Part shown: in pieces, positions 10,601 to 19,847 of the stretch | Layout: each line of letters opens with the position of its first letter | How positions within the stretch are numbered: position 1 is the stretch's first letter | From: Candidatus Sumerlaeia bacterium | GTDB taxonomy: Bacteria > Sumerlaeota > Sumerlaeia > SLMS01 > JANRJK01 | Assembly: GCA_033764015.1 (NCBI GenBank) | Contig: JANRJK010000019.1 | Span: 32,001-96,000, forward strand | Length of the DNA stretch: 64,000 bases | Direction of reading: 5' to 3' | The notes under the pieces: model-generated | Databases searched by the model: none | What the model was told of the DNA's origin: nothing | Seen by the model: the letters and a program-made list of their open reading frames with translations, nothing else | Made by a program: the position numbers and the translations under genes

Positions 10601-12455
10601 TCGGAAGCGCTTCCTTCTTCCCGGGGTGCGGAGCGAAAAATACACCGTCCGTGTGTTCGACTACGAGAAGAAAGTATTGTTGAAAGAGCATGTCTTCGAC
10701 TTCGGCTTCCGACGCGCCTTCTTCTCCGCCGAGAAGTCCACCATTGGGTTCCTCGCCCCCGATGGGACAAATGCTGAAATCTATTCATTGTCGGGCGATT
10801 CGCCAGTACTCCTCATCGAAATGAAGGCGGAGGCAGAAGACATTTTCACGTTCGGATCGAGCTCGCCGGATGGTGCGACATACTATCTGGGTACCATGTC
10901 CGGGCGGCTATGTGTGGTCGATGCTGCGAAAGGCACCGTTCTCCGCGAGTTCGAGCCGACCCCCAACCCGATCCTACTCATTTCACAACGCCTCGACGGT
11001 CACTTGGTGGTGATTGACAACTCGAACATCGTGACGTTGGTTTCCGCAATCGACGGCACCATGGTGAACCGGGTACCCTTCAGCTTCGAGCCGCAGGGGC
11101 TGGCGGTTTCGCGGGCGGGCGACTTGGTCGCCTCTTGGAGCGAGTCGGGGCAGATCGAGGTGCGCAGACTCGGGGATGGCACGGTCGTCTCCCAGTCCAA
11201 GCGGACGGACTTCCCGCTCTTCGCGCTCCGCTTCGTCGGCGGCGACTCGCGGCTCATGGCATACGGAGACGGCGAGGCCCGCCTGTTCGATCCCGCTACC
11301 GGCGAAGACATCTTCACGATCCGGGATGGCTTCGGATCGCTCAGCGCGAGCGAGGACATGTACCTCGCGGAGGTCGAGGCCGGCAGGATCAGCGCACTGG
11401 TGTCGCTGGCCCCGAAGGAAGCCTTCGCGGAAGTCGGCGCCGCGGGTTCCGACTCGGCGGATGCGGCCCTCCACCGCTGGCGGCTCGACCGATACAGGAC
11501 ATGGCACCAGTACGCGATCCGGCACCGCGTCCACCCGGGCTGGAGCGCGGGGGCGGCGGTCTTGGAGCCCGGGGCGGTTCCCGCCTTGCGCGATTTCAGC
11601 TACCTATTCTCGATCGGCGAAGTCCCCGCCAACGATACGGCACTTCGGTTCCCCCGGACACGGCTCGAGCTCTTCGCCGCGTTCACGCTCGCCGCCGACC
11701 TGTTCCGATCTCCAATTGAGGACGGCTTTACGGAGTTCCCGGTCCTGAACGCGACCGCCCAGGCGGCGCCGGAGCTGTTCAACGGCCCCGTGGGATCCGC
11801 GGCGATCCTCATCGGCTCGGCCTACAGCCGGCGCTTGGAGGAGTCGCCCAGGATCGACTCGGAAGTGTGGGCCTTCGCTAGCCTGCTCCGCCACCAGCTC
11901 GACGCCGCGCGCGCACTCGCGGAACGCGGCGACCGCGAGGCGGCCTCCGCCGTGCTGCTGCGCGCCGCCGCGCATGTCCGGCTCGCAGACACACCCACGG
12001 GAGATTGGGAGTACGAACTCCGGCGCCTTGGCCTCGAACTTCCGGTACCTCCGCCGGCGGAGCTGGTGCGCGGGCCGAACATGGGAAGCCCGCCCTTCGT
12101 GCTGGAGCGCATGGCCATGCTCGATCCGATGGCGCCGCTGGAGGTGCGCGCCGCGGTCGCGAAGCAGGCCGCCGACGAGTACGCCGAGCGCGCGCGCGAG
12201 TACCTCGACCGCGTCGCCCCCCTTGTGGACTGGGACGCCCTGGTCGCCCGCCACGCGCCGTTCCCAGAGGACTCACCCGTCCGCGAGGGCGTCCCCTTCG
12301 GACCCTACATCGCCGAGCGCCTCCCCGACCTTGAGCGGGGCGTGCTCGGCGGGCTCACGCTCGACGAGGCGCTGGAAGCGGAGCGCCGCCGCATCGAGGA
12401 GTTGTTCGCACCTCCCGCCATCCCGGACAGCGGCAGCCGGGTAGTCGCTCCCTAG
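7650..12455 (+). CDS. Hanks-type Ser/Thr kinase with TM segment and WD40-like beta-propeller (1601 aa)
   Basis: IGRGGMGEV, VAVK, HPNIV, HRDLKPTQV, DWG, GTPGYMAPEQ; TM LGLAAAAMLLVILGGG; FSPDG-type repeats. Confidence 0.9.
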   Translation: MEDDPTPDARELANTVPLHVPSDLPARPSLSYNRRFPNAQDSSDSEEGDDDGSPETLAQQAPGSRSGSIGKAIRDGAITHDADALGFHFERLIGRGGMGEVWEAVQARLGRIVAVKRLRPRGRDSDDHHSTAALHSFEGEALTAALLDHPNIVPVYDLGFDSAGRPLMAMKLVRGTNWQKVIERDFKALEPEDYLAKHLPIFMQVVQAVLFAHSRGVVHRDLKPTQVMIGEYGEVLLMDWGLAMMIGDPPSHIDRSTYHARYPTAATADNPSGTPGYMAPEQTEMFTTRIGPWTDIYLLGGTLYRLLTGKLPHPGRTSQEVYLHAAHGVVQPFAEAAPGRHVPADLERVAMWAMLPNPAERPTGREFADALQEFMTGSSNRRESERITDEMALEAPDDNYAAYVAGLAKLANAIRLWPGNHDVAPLRERHLLGYAKLALREGDLSLARAQAERLDDGEAKLRLLKQIDDAARAAALQKRRNQQLGLAAAAMLLVILGGGAVFTLRLSEANHATRVQLVLTSEARIAEADARRAAQFELRRATLLLAESLIAEDRLDDAVNELRRIPLEERGLEWRYLLTKALKDLWYSPYEYMHFSPSRRFVLGNLEGEGLAALLAEPGTVLAPLVDALPDGLVVAWSRDESLLALDAPTLPLTVWETDSWRVLRSEDPSTTDTVRAIDFSPDGRQLALGYESGLVTVMPLADGSERALARHSTPIIGVFWGETKLMTASPDELRRVDPKSGAHTLVYRTGAASVPFRPFKISANRQRTHVAFGHVFEKVASVGIEAGVPITYSHPAIQWSFSGLQQHLILPGFGFEPQVAVYDLETGQDVSRRAQPKVQAIDQNSSLHVANDVHYVDLSAAEDVALVLERRHDYALRNYPSFSALLNGKSVYSGREMDRVTLHPSGRALWVARPGGPTRTVPASSAWAGLPIPGSYPSFGTNDAYIAALQHESHDHFDPSTGERIFDSGGKFNIYRGSDMSEDRKRFLLPGVRSEKYTVRVFDYEKKVLLKEHVFDFGFRRAFFSAEKSTIGFLAPDGTNAEIYSLSGDSPVLLIEMKAEAEDIFTFGSSSPDGATYYLGTMSGRLCVVDAAKGTVLREFEPTPNPILLISQRLDGHLVVIDNSNIVTLVSAIDGTMVNRVPFSFEPQGLAVSRAGDLVASWSESGQIEVRRLGDGTVVSQSKRTDFPLFALRFVGGDSRLMAYGDGEARLFDPATGEDIFTIRDGFGSLSASEDMYLAEVEAGRISALVSLAPKEAFAEVGAAGSDSADAALHRWRLDRYRTWHQYAIRHRVHPGWSAGAAVLEPGAVPALRDFSYLFSIGEVPANDTALRFPRTRLELFAAFTLAADLFRSPIEDGFTEFPVLNATAQAAPELFNGPVGSAAILIGSAYSRRLEESPRIDSEVWAFASLLRHQLDAARALAERGDREAASAVLLRAAAHVRLADTPTGDWEYELRRLGLELPVPPPAELVRGPNMGSPPFVLERMAMLDPMAPLEVRAAVAKQAADEYAERAREYLDRVAPLVDWDALVARHAPFPEDSPVREGVPFGPYIAERLPDLERGVLGGLTLDEALEAERRRIEELFAPPAIPDSGSRVVAP

Positions 12456-12465
12456 ACAAAGAGAT

Positions 12466-12495
12466 CGGGCTCCGGGAGTCGCCTCCCGGAGCCCG
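12466..12495. terminator. Hairpin between convergent genes, probably a bidirectional terminator
   Basis: 13-bp perfect stem CGGGCTCCGGGAG/CTCCCGGAGCCCG with 4-nt loop. Confidence 0.65.
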
Positions 12496-12521
12496 TCTTG
12501 TACCGCGTTGTTGCACTCGCG

Positions 12522-15500
12522 CTACCTTGCCGGCGCCGGCGTCGGCGTGGGCGACGGCAGCGGCGTCGGCGTGGCGGCGGGGATCGATTCGTCCTCCGCG
12601 TCCGCCGAGCGCGCGCCCGTCGAGACCCGCAGGTTGTAGGTGTTCGTGCCGCGCGTCGCGCCGTAGACGCGGACGAGGAGTTGCGAGCGCCCGCCGGTCG
12701 GGATGTTCAGCGACTCGTTCACGTCGAGGTTCGGCGTGAAGTTGCCGAACAGGATGTCGTAACCGCAGCCCGGATCGACCGCCATCACCATGAAGTAGAG
12801 CTGGCCGGAGAGCTTGTTCGCCTCCATCCGAACGTTGATCGACGAGAGCCCCGTGGTATTGACGAGGTAGAAGTCGTCGTCCTTCAGGATCAGGTCGTTG
12901 TAGGTCTGGCCGAGGTTGATCGACGTGAACTGGCACGGCGAGTTGTTCGGTTCGAGCGCGTCGTCGGCGCCGAGTTCCGCGATGGTCACCGAGTACGACG
13001 GGTTGGTCGCCCCGCCCTCGCCGTAGATCCGCAGGAAGAGCTCCGTTCCGACACCGGAGCGGTCCACGTAGGTGAACGTCTCCTGGTTGGTGGTCGAGTA
13101 GCTCTCCGCGAGGCGCAGCGGGAAGCCGCCCGAATCGGTGCAGCGGCCGTCGTAAAGTTCCGCGTTTAGATTACCGTTCGCGTGGGTGAAGTTCACCGTG
13201 ACTCGCAACGTGCCGCAGGACGCGTTCGGCAGGCGGTACCAATCCTCGTTGAGGGAAACCAGCCCCGACGTCGTGCCAACCGGCAGCGAGGGGCGGGAGC
13301 GGGCCTCGGTGAGGTTGTTGTTCGACTCGAAGGAGTCGTCGCTGGGCGGGGCGCTGCCGGACTGCGTGACGGTCACCGAGGTACCCGCCACGGTGATCGT
13401 GCCCTGCCGCTGCGAGAGCCCGCTGTTCTGCGTCACCGTCACCTGCACGGTGCCCCCGCCAGTACCGGACGTGGGCGAGAGCGTCACCCAGTCGAGCGAT
13501 TCGCTGCTGTCCCACGCGCAGCTCGGCGCGGAGGCGGTGACCGTGAGGTTCTGCGATCCCGAGGAGGCGCCGAAGCTCAGGCTAGTTGGCGATGCGGAAA
13601 CTGTGCAGGGCGGCGCATCGCACTCGTCCGGGATCCCGTTGCTGTTCGTGTCCTGCGACGTGCCCGCGATCGAGGCTGGGCCGGTGAGCGTAAAGCTGTA
13701 CGCGCCACCGGCGCCGTTGAAGCCGCCGAGCCGGATCGAGTAGACCGTGCCAGCCACCGCATTGAAGGTTGCGATGGATCGCGTGCTGGTGGCGCAGGAG
13801 CTGTCGTCGTTGCAGGCGACTTCCGCGCCGCCGCATCCGTCCGTCACGACGATCACGGTGTCGAAGGACGAGTCGCATGCGGAGATGGTCGCTTGGCCGC
13901 TCTGCGCCGGCCAGTAGGTGTAGAACACGCTCTTGCCGACATCCGCGCAGGATGCGGCGACAAGGTCCGTCGCCAGCGCCGATGTGTTGCCCGTGTAGGT
14001 GAAGCCCGGACCGATGTCCGGCCCGGCGCCGCACGACGCGGAGCCGACTGCCGCGGCGAGGTTCACCACGTCATAGAAGTCCGGCACACCGTTGCCGTTG
14101 CAGTCTTGGATGATCTCAAGGGACACGGCGATGGTCTGCGGCGAGTTGGATGCTCCAGACGCCGTCACGGTGATGGTCGCGTTGTAGCTCCCAGGCGTCA
14201 GGCCAGAGGTCGAGTAGGTAACGGTGACCGTATCCTCTTCGCCCGTCGAAGTGCCGCTGGTGGGCGAGACGGAGAGCCAAGTCTGGTTGTCGGACACCGT
14301 ATAGGAGAGCGTGCCGGCCCCGCTGTTGCGCACCGTGAAAGTGTCGTTGCCCGGGCCCGAGCTTTCGGTGCCGACGGGGGCCAGGGTGGTCTTGTTGAGC
14401 GCGATGACCGGCGTCGCTGCGCCCGGGATCGCGTCGAAGGCGCGCTGCACGTTGACGAAGGGCTTGGTGATCCCCGGGTTCAGGCCGCCATTCTTCGTGT
14501 CGGTGATGTTGTCCCCGTTGTTGACGAGGAGCGTGCGCATCTCGGAGGCGGTATAGTACGACCCGCGCTTCGTGAAGGATGCGGACTGGAGGATGGCGAT
14601 CACGCCCGCCACATACGGCGTGGCGGCGGAGGTGCCGCCAAAGCTCTGCGTGTAGTTCCCCGTCGAATACCCGGCCGTGCCCACGAGGTCCGTCGCCGCC
14701 GCGTTGTTCGACGGGGCGAAGACGTCCATGAAGCTGGCGACGTTCGAATACATCGTCACCTTCTTGGCCGAGGTGGCTTCGAAAGCGAGGTCGAGGCCGC
14801 CGCACTGCGCATCCGCCGTGGCGCCCGCATAGCAGGTCGAGTTGTCCAGGCAGAAGCCGATGGTGCCGATATTGGCGTCGTAGGCGGCGCCGACTCGGAT
14901 GATCGGCGACACGCAGGCGGGCGCGGCGATCTGGTTGCAGAAGCCGTTGTTGCCCGTCGCCGCGACTACGATGATCCCGGCGGCGATGGCCGAGTTGGCG
15001 GCGTTCAGGTACGAGGGGTTGCTCGCGTCGCAGCTCGACGCGCTCGTGAAGCCACCGCCGCCGAGCGACATGCTCATCACCCGGATTGGCGCGCTGGGCA
15101 CCACGGTGCGGTTCGTCACGCACCAGTCCATGCCCTGCACGATGTCGATGCTCGAGGCGAACTGGTCCGCGCCGTCGGGGAACACCTTCACTGCGGCGAT
15201 GCGCGCGTCGGGCGCGACGCCGCCGATGTAGCTCCCGGGCGAGCCGGCGCCGCTCGGCACGCCGCCGCCCGAAATGCCCGCGCAGGCTGTGCCGTGGGCG
15301 CCGGTGGCGTTGCGAGGATCGCTGTCGCCCGCGCCGCCCGCCGCGGTGCCTGCTGTGTCGATGCCGCTCACCACCTTGGAGTTCGGGAAGCCACCGCCCC
15401 CAAGGTCCGGGTGCGTGTAGTCCACGCCGTCGTCGAGGATCGCGATCGTCATTCCGGCGCCGCGGTGCGTGGTACGGACCGTCGTCGCGTTCAGGAGCGG

Positions 15501-16007
15501 GATCCCTTCCGCATCGAAGCGCTCGGCGAAGCGCTCCGGCTCGACCGACTGCACGCGCGGGTCCTCCAGCAGCGCCGCGAGGCCGGTCGCGTCCACGTCC
15601 ACGGCGAAGGCCGCGAAATTCTCGTAAACCGCCATCACCTCGTGCGCGTTCTTGTCGAGCTGCGCCAGCACGTCCTTGCTGTGCGACGTCACCTGCGAGC
15701 GCCACACCGAGAGGTCCGCGTCGGAGGACCAGTCCACCTGCGCCCGCGAGCGCTGCGGCGGATCGATCAGATTCACGATCACGCGCATGCGTCCGCTCTC
15801 CGCGCGGGTGGAGGCGAAGATCGTCTCGGGCTCGATCAGCTTCGGCGAGCCGGGATGGAACTCGAGGAGCTGGCGGCTGAAGGCGGCCTGCTCCGTGTTG
15901 CTCGGCTTTGCAGCTGCCGGCAGGCGCGGTTCGGCGGCGGCGCCGAACGCCATCGCGGCGAAGACAGCGAGGACGGCGGCGCGACGCCAAGAGGTTTTAA
16001 GTGTCAT
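12522..16007 (-). CDS. Secreted S8 (subtilisin-like) protease with BACON/Ig-like and C-terminal accessory domains
   Basis: Signal peptide from ATG 16007, propeptide, triad ILDDGVD / HGTACAG / GTSAATP; DCNGNGVPD and DTNSNGIPDECD motifs; DDSFESNN and DDALEPNN motifs; Pro/Thr tail. Confidence 0.9.
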   Translation of the reverse strand: MTLKTSWRRAAVLAVFAAMAFGAAAEPRLPAAAKPSNTEQAAFSRQLLEFHPGSPKLIEPETIFASTRAESGRMRVIVNLIDPPQRSRAQVDWSSDADLSVWRSQVTSHSKDVLAQLDKNAHEVMAVYENFAAFAVDVDATGLAALLEDPRVQSVEPERFAERFDAEGIPLLNATTVRTTHRGAGMTIAILDDGVDYTHPDLGGGGFPNSKVVSGIDTAGTAAGGAGDSDPRNATGAHGTACAGISGGGVPSGAGSPGSYIGGVAPDARIAAVKVFPDGADQFASSIDIVQGMDWCVTNRTVVPSAPIRVMSMSLGGGGFTSASSCDASNPSYLNAANSAIAAGIIVVAATGNNGFCNQIAAPACVSPIIRVGAAYDANIGTIGFCLDNSTCYAGATADAQCGGLDLAFEATSAKKVTMYSNVASFMDVFAPSNNAAATDLVGTAGYSTGNYTQSFGGTSAATPYVAGVIAILQSASFTKRGSYYTASEMRTLLVNNGDNITDTKNGGLNPGITKPFVNVQRAFDAIPGAATPVIALNKTTLAPVGTESSGPGNDTFTVRNSGAGTLSYTVSDNQTWLSVSPTSGTSTGEEDTVTVTYSTSGLTPGSYNATITVTASGASNSPQTIAVSLEIIQDCNGNGVPDFYDVVNLAAAVGSASCGAGPDIGPGFTYTGNTSALATDLVAASCADVGKSVFYTYWPAQSGQATISACDSSFDTVIVVTDGCGGAEVACNDDSSCATSTRSIATFNAVAGTVYSIRLGGFNGAGGAYSFTLTGPASIAGTSQDTNSNGIPDECDAPPCTVSASPTSLSFGASSGSQNLTVTASAPSCAWDSSESLDWVTLSPTSGTGGGTVQVTVTQNSGLSQRQGTITVAGTSVTVTQSGSAPPSDDSFESNNNLTEARSRPSLPVGTTSGLVSLNEDWYRLPNASCGTLRVTVNFTHANGNLNAELYDGRCTDSGGFPLRLAESYSTTNQETFTYVDRSGVGTELFLRIYGEGGATNPSYSVTIAELGADDALEPNNSPCQFTSINLGQTYNDLILKDDDFYLVNTTGLSSINVRMEANKLSGQLYFMVMAVDPGCGYDILFGNFTPNLDVNESLNIPTGGRSQLLVRVYGATRGTNTYNLRVSTGARSADAEDESIPAATPTPLPSPTPTPAPAR

Positions 16008-16089
16008 GTGGTTCACCGTGGGGCGGAATGGTCCGAGTTGTCCCGCCCCGGAGCCGTCTCTGCAAGCGTCTTCTAACCCCCCGCCCGGT

Positions 16090-16118
16090 TTGACAACCGG
16101 GGCCCGCCGCGCCATGCT
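16090..16118 (+). promoter_or_regulatory. Putative sigma70 promoter
   Basis: TTGACA-17 bp-CATGCT, upstream of ATG 16153. Confidence 0.5.
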
Positions 16119-16152
16119 TCCAGCCTGTAGCCGCGCGAGAGGAACCCCGCCA

Positions 16153-16752
16153 ATGCCCGATACCCCCGAGCCCCGCCCCGCCCCGTTGGGCCAGATCGAC
16201 CTCTCCGCGGAGGTCGGCAAGGGTCCCCTCTCCTGGGCCGACGCGCTGAAGGAACTCGAATCGGCCACCCCGGCCCCGAAGCCGCAGCCCCGCCCCAAGG
16301 CGGAGGCGCCCGCCGCGGCTCCGGCCCCGCCCGCCGAGCCCACTCCGGCTCCCGCGCCAACGCTCCGCGCCGGCGAGCCCAACAGCCGCTACGACCAGAT
16401 CCGCCGCACCCCGGGAATGCAGGTGAAGACCGAGGACGTCAAGATCCTCGACGAGCTGTCGACGATCCTCGGCTACGTCAACTCCGCGTCCGCCGCGCTG
16501 GCCAAGTTCACCAAGGACCACCCGACGCTGGTGGCGCCCAACATTTCGTATCTCTGGCAGGACAACTTGAAGGAGACCTCGACCGTCATGCTGCGCGAGT
16601 TCCACGCGCTGCGGAACGGGCGCCTCGCCAAGAGCTACGACAAGCGCAACGTTTGCACCAAGTGCCACACGGTCTACATGTCGCCGCTCCCGGACGGCAT
16701 CTGCGACGAGTGCCGCAGCAACACCGGCGACCACACGACGGGCGAGTACTAG
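16153..16752 (+). CDS. Hypothetical protein with Pro/Ala linker and C-terminal C4 zinc ribbon
   Basis: GAGGA SD before ATG 16153; strongly biased codon usage; CTKC-x12-CDEC. Confidence 0.75.
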   Translation: MPDTPEPRPAPLGQIDLSAEVGKGPLSWADALKELESATPAPKPQPRPKAEAPAAAPAPPAEPTPAPAPTLRAGEPNSRYDQIRRTPGMQVKTEDVKILDELSTILGYVNSASAALAKFTKDHPTLVAPNISYLWQDNLKETSTVMLREFHALRNGRLAKSYDKRNVCTKCHTVYMSPLPDGICDECRSNTGDHTTGEY

Positions 16753-16759
16753 CCCCTCC

Positions 16760-17635
16760 TTGTCCTTCCTCGGCAAGCTCTTCAAGAGCACGCAAAGCGC
16801 CGTCCCGCTTGTGCCGGGATGCCTTGCGGCGCTCGCCCATGGCTTCCGCTTCGAGGTGCCCCCCGCCGAATTCCCCGCGCGCCTCGCGGAGCTGCAGTCC
16901 CGCGGCATCGTCGCGGGCCTCTGGGCGGAGCTGAACCCGCAACTCGCGGAAGCCGCGGAGGCGCTCCTCGCGGCGCCGCCCGCCGATTCCATCGCACGCT
17001 GGCGGTCGCCGGGCGCGGCCTCCGCGCTCTTCCTCGGCGCCGAGCCCCCCGCCGGATCGCGGCGCGACCTCCAGTGGTTCAAGGCCGGCCTCCCCCTCGG
17101 CGGCCTCCGCGCCGAGCCCGCCCACCTGCTCGCGCCCGACAGCGAGCGCTCCTTCCGCTGCGACCCGGCCGCAACCCCCCGGCTCCGGTTCCGCGAGGAG
17201 TGGGAAGCGGAACTGGTGATGGCGCTCGCCCGCCCGCGGCCCCTCGCCGCGGACCGCGATCCTTGGGAGGAACTCGGCGCCGAGCTCGACATCCCCGCCG
17301 CCGAGGTCCTTGCCGCGCTCAAGCGCCTCACGGTCGAGGGCGTGCTGCGGCGCGTGGCGCTTCGCTGGAGCCCCGCGGGCCTAGGCTGGCGCGGCTGCGG
17401 GCTCGCGGAGTGGGACTTCGAGGACGCCGCCGGGGCGGCACCGGCCGGCGACGCGCTGGCGGGCCTCCTGGGCACCGGCGATGTGGCGTGGCGCGAAGGC
17501 CCGGGCGGGAGCCCCCGCCTGACCGCGCTCTTCCTTGCTCCCGGCGAGGGCGTCGGCCGCGCGGCGGCGGAATCCGTCGCCGCGCAATGGTCCCGGCCCC
17601 TTGCCGCGTGGACCACTCTCCCGGAACTCCGCTAA
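16760..17635 (+). CDS. Divergent Lrp/AsnC-like protein resembling AhbA/AhbB (NirD/NirH) siroheme decarboxylase
   Basis: RDPWEELGAELDIPAAEVLAALKRLTVEGVLRR wHTH matches the Nir/Ahb pattern; TTG start. Confidence 0.5.
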   Translation: MSFLGKLFKSTQSAVPLVPGCLAALAHGFRFEVPPAEFPARLAELQSRGIVAGLWAELNPQLAEAAEALLAAPPADSIARWRSPGAASALFLGAEPPAGSRRDLQWFKAGLPLGGLRAEPAHLLAPDSERSFRCDPAATPRLRFREEWEAELVMALARPRPLAADRDPWEELGAELDIPAAEVLAALKRLTVEGVLRRVALRWSPAGLGWRGCGLAEWDFEDAAGAAPAGDALAGLLGTGDVAWREGPGGSPRLTALFLAPGEGVGRAAAESVAAQWSRPLAAWTTLPELR

Positions 17636-17733
17636 ACCACCCCTCGAAGCCAAACCCGCCGCGCTAAGGACTTGTCCCACTTACCGGGTCCAGTCGGAAT
17701 AACCCGGATTCGCAGCCTCCCCGAAGGCGGACC

Positions 17734-18354
17734 GTGGCCCTTTCCGACGTACCGGTGGAACTCGTTCAGCGTTGCCGTGGCGGTGACTCCGCCGCCTTCG
17801 ACGAGCTGTTCACGATGTTGCACCAGGACCTGTACCGCTGGCTCTACTCGCTGCTCCGCAACGAGGACGACGCCGAAGAGGCCCTGCAGGAATGCTTCGT
17901 CCGCATCTACCGCCACATCGGATCACTCTCCGACGACCGCAAGTTCGCCGGCTGGGTCGGGCGCATGGTGGTGAACCTTGCGAACACCTGGCGCACCCGC
18001 GGCTCCAAGATCCGCTTCGAGGAATTCGAGCCCGCGATCGAAACCGAGGATTCGCAGCTACCGGTGCAGGCGAAGGCCGGCCCCAACCCGCGCGAAGCCG
18101 CCGAACGCAAGCAGGTGATGGCCCGCGTCAACGAAGCGATCACGCACCTCCCGCCGCGGCAGCGGACCGCCGTCCTCATGTTCGACGTCCAGGGGCACAG
18201 CATCGCCCATATCGCCGGACAGCTCGGGTGCAGCGAGGGGGCGGTCAAGTTCAACATCTTCCAAGGACGCAGGAAGCTCCGCGTCCTGCTCGCCGATCTG
18301 GCGGACGAACGGGGCCTCGGCCTCGGCGAACCGGAACCCCGGGGAAAGGAGTGA
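17734..18354 (+). CDS. ECF sigma-70 factor
   Basis: Region 2 DAEEALQECF...FAGW; region 4 LPPRQRTAVL...IAGQLGCSEGAVK. Confidence 0.9.
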   Translation: MALSDVPVELVQRCRGGDSAAFDELFTMLHQDLYRWLYSLLRNEDDAEEALQECFVRIYRHIGSLSDDRKFAGWVGRMVVNLANTWRTRGSKIRFEEFEPAIETEDSQLPVQAKAGPNPREAAERKQVMARVNEAITHLPPRQRTAVLMFDVQGHSIAHIAGQLGCSEGAVKFNIFQGRRKLRVLLADLADERGLGLGEPEPRGKE

Positions 18355-18360
18355 CCAGCC

Positions 18361-19842
18361 ATGGCACCGCATAACGAAGACCTCATGGAGCAGGAACTCC
18401 CCGCCGGCTGGGATCCCGCCGCCGACGCCGACGAGCGCTGGCTGGCCATCGCCGACTCGCTCCGCGAGGCGGACCCGGCTCCGCGCCTGCTTCCCGCCCA
18501 GAGCGACGCCCTCCGCGCGGAGATCCGCTCGCGCCTCGAGGCGGAGTCGCTCCTGCGCCCCGCCGACGCGGCGCGCGCCGGCGGTTTCGCCGACTGGCTC
18601 CGCACGCTATTCCTCGGCGGCGGCGTCGCCGCGCAGACCGTCCGCCTCGGCGTCGCCGCCGCGATCGCGGTCATGGTCGTGGCCCCCGACACGCCCCAGC
18701 CCGGCCTCGCGCCGGCGAACCGCCCCCGCCCCGTCGACGTTGTGGTGCAGCGCGACCTTCCCGCCGGCAACGCGATCGGCGAGGTGGCATCCGCGCCGGA
18801 AGCCGCAGCGCAGGCGCCGCCCCCCGCCACGGAAGGGCGGGCGATGGACGAAGTGGTCGCCTCCGCGCCCGGCACCCGTTCCGAGGTTGCCATGCGCGCA
18901 TTCCCCGCCGCGGACGCCGATGCGAAGCTGGCCGGCCAGTTCGCGATGGATTCGGGCTTCCCTTCCCTCGACGGCGCGCTCCTGGGCCGCGCGCTCCAGC
19001 AGGTGCAGGGCATCAAGCTCGCCTCCGTCGCGAAGGACGACCTCCGGATCGGGGCGCAGTTGCGGAACCTCGAGGCGCTGATCGTCGCCCTCGCCGGCGC
19101 CGCCTCCGACCCGGGCATCCAGCTCGAAGTCGCCGCCCTCGCCGAGTACGCCCGCGGCGAGCAGGCGCTCGAAGCGCTCCGCCCGGACGAGGCGCTCGCC
19201 GCCTTCGACGCCGCCCGCGCCGCGTCCCCCGACGGCCTTGTCGGCTTCCTCGCGCTTTACCAGACCGCCCGCGTCCAGTTCGAGTACCGGAACGACTTCG
19301 AGGCCGCCGAGGCGACCTACCGCCGCTGCCTCGACGAGTTCCCCGAGCAGCTCCTTCCCCCCGACGTGCAGAGCGAAGTGGCGGACCGCCTCCGCCTCCT
19401 CGCCCAGAGCGCCCCGCTCGGTCATCGCGACCTGCGCATCTGGCAGGCCGCCACGCGCACCGCCTCGCCGGTCGCCCGCGCGGACCGGCTGCGGGAACTC
19501 CTCGCCTCGTATCCGGATTCGGCCCTCGCCGCGCCCGCGGCGGAGGAACTCGGCGCCCTGCTCGTGGCCGACGCCGGCCTCCAGCGCCTGAACCTCGACG
19601 ACTCGATGGCCCTCCTCGAATCCACCGTCGCCTCCCGCGAGGACGGACCCGAGACCGCGCGGATCCAGTTCACCCTGGCGGAGCTGGTGTACCGCCGCGC
19701 CATGAACCCCCGCCGCGCCACCGCCGAATACCGCGAAGTCCTCCGCATGGGCGCCGACCGCGAGCTCCGCAGCCGCGCCGAGGAGCGCCTCGCCAGCGTC
19801 GCGGTGGACCGGCTCACCTGGCCGACGGCGATGGAAAACTAG
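18361..19842 (+). CDS. Putative anti-sigma factor with TM segment and extracytoplasmic TPR domain
   Basis: Directly follows the ECF gene with AAGGAG SD; single TM near aa 95-110; YbgF/BamD-like TPR helices. Confidence 0.6.
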   Translation: MAPHNEDLMEQELPAGWDPAADADERWLAIADSLREADPAPRLLPAQSDALRAEIRSRLEAESLLRPADAARAGGFADWLRTLFLGGGVAAQTVRLGVAAAIAVMVVAPDTPQPGLAPANRPRPVDVVVQRDLPAGNAIGEVASAPEAAAQAPPPATEGRAMDEVVASAPGTRSEVAMRAFPAADADAKLAGQFAMDSGFPSLDGALLGRALQQVQGIKLASVAKDDLRIGAQLRNLEALIVALAGAASDPGIQLEVAALAEYARGEQALEALRPDEALAAFDAARAASPDGLVGFLALYQTARVQFEYRNDFEAAEATYRRCLDEFPEQLLPPDVQSEVADRLRLLAQSAPLGHRDLRIWQAATRTASPVARADRLRELLASYPDSALAAPAAEELGALLVADAGLQRLNLDDSMALLESTVASREDGPETARIQFTLAELVYRRAMNPRRATAEYREVLRMGADRELRSRAEERLASVAVDRLTWPTAMEN

Positions 19843-19847
19843 TCCCT

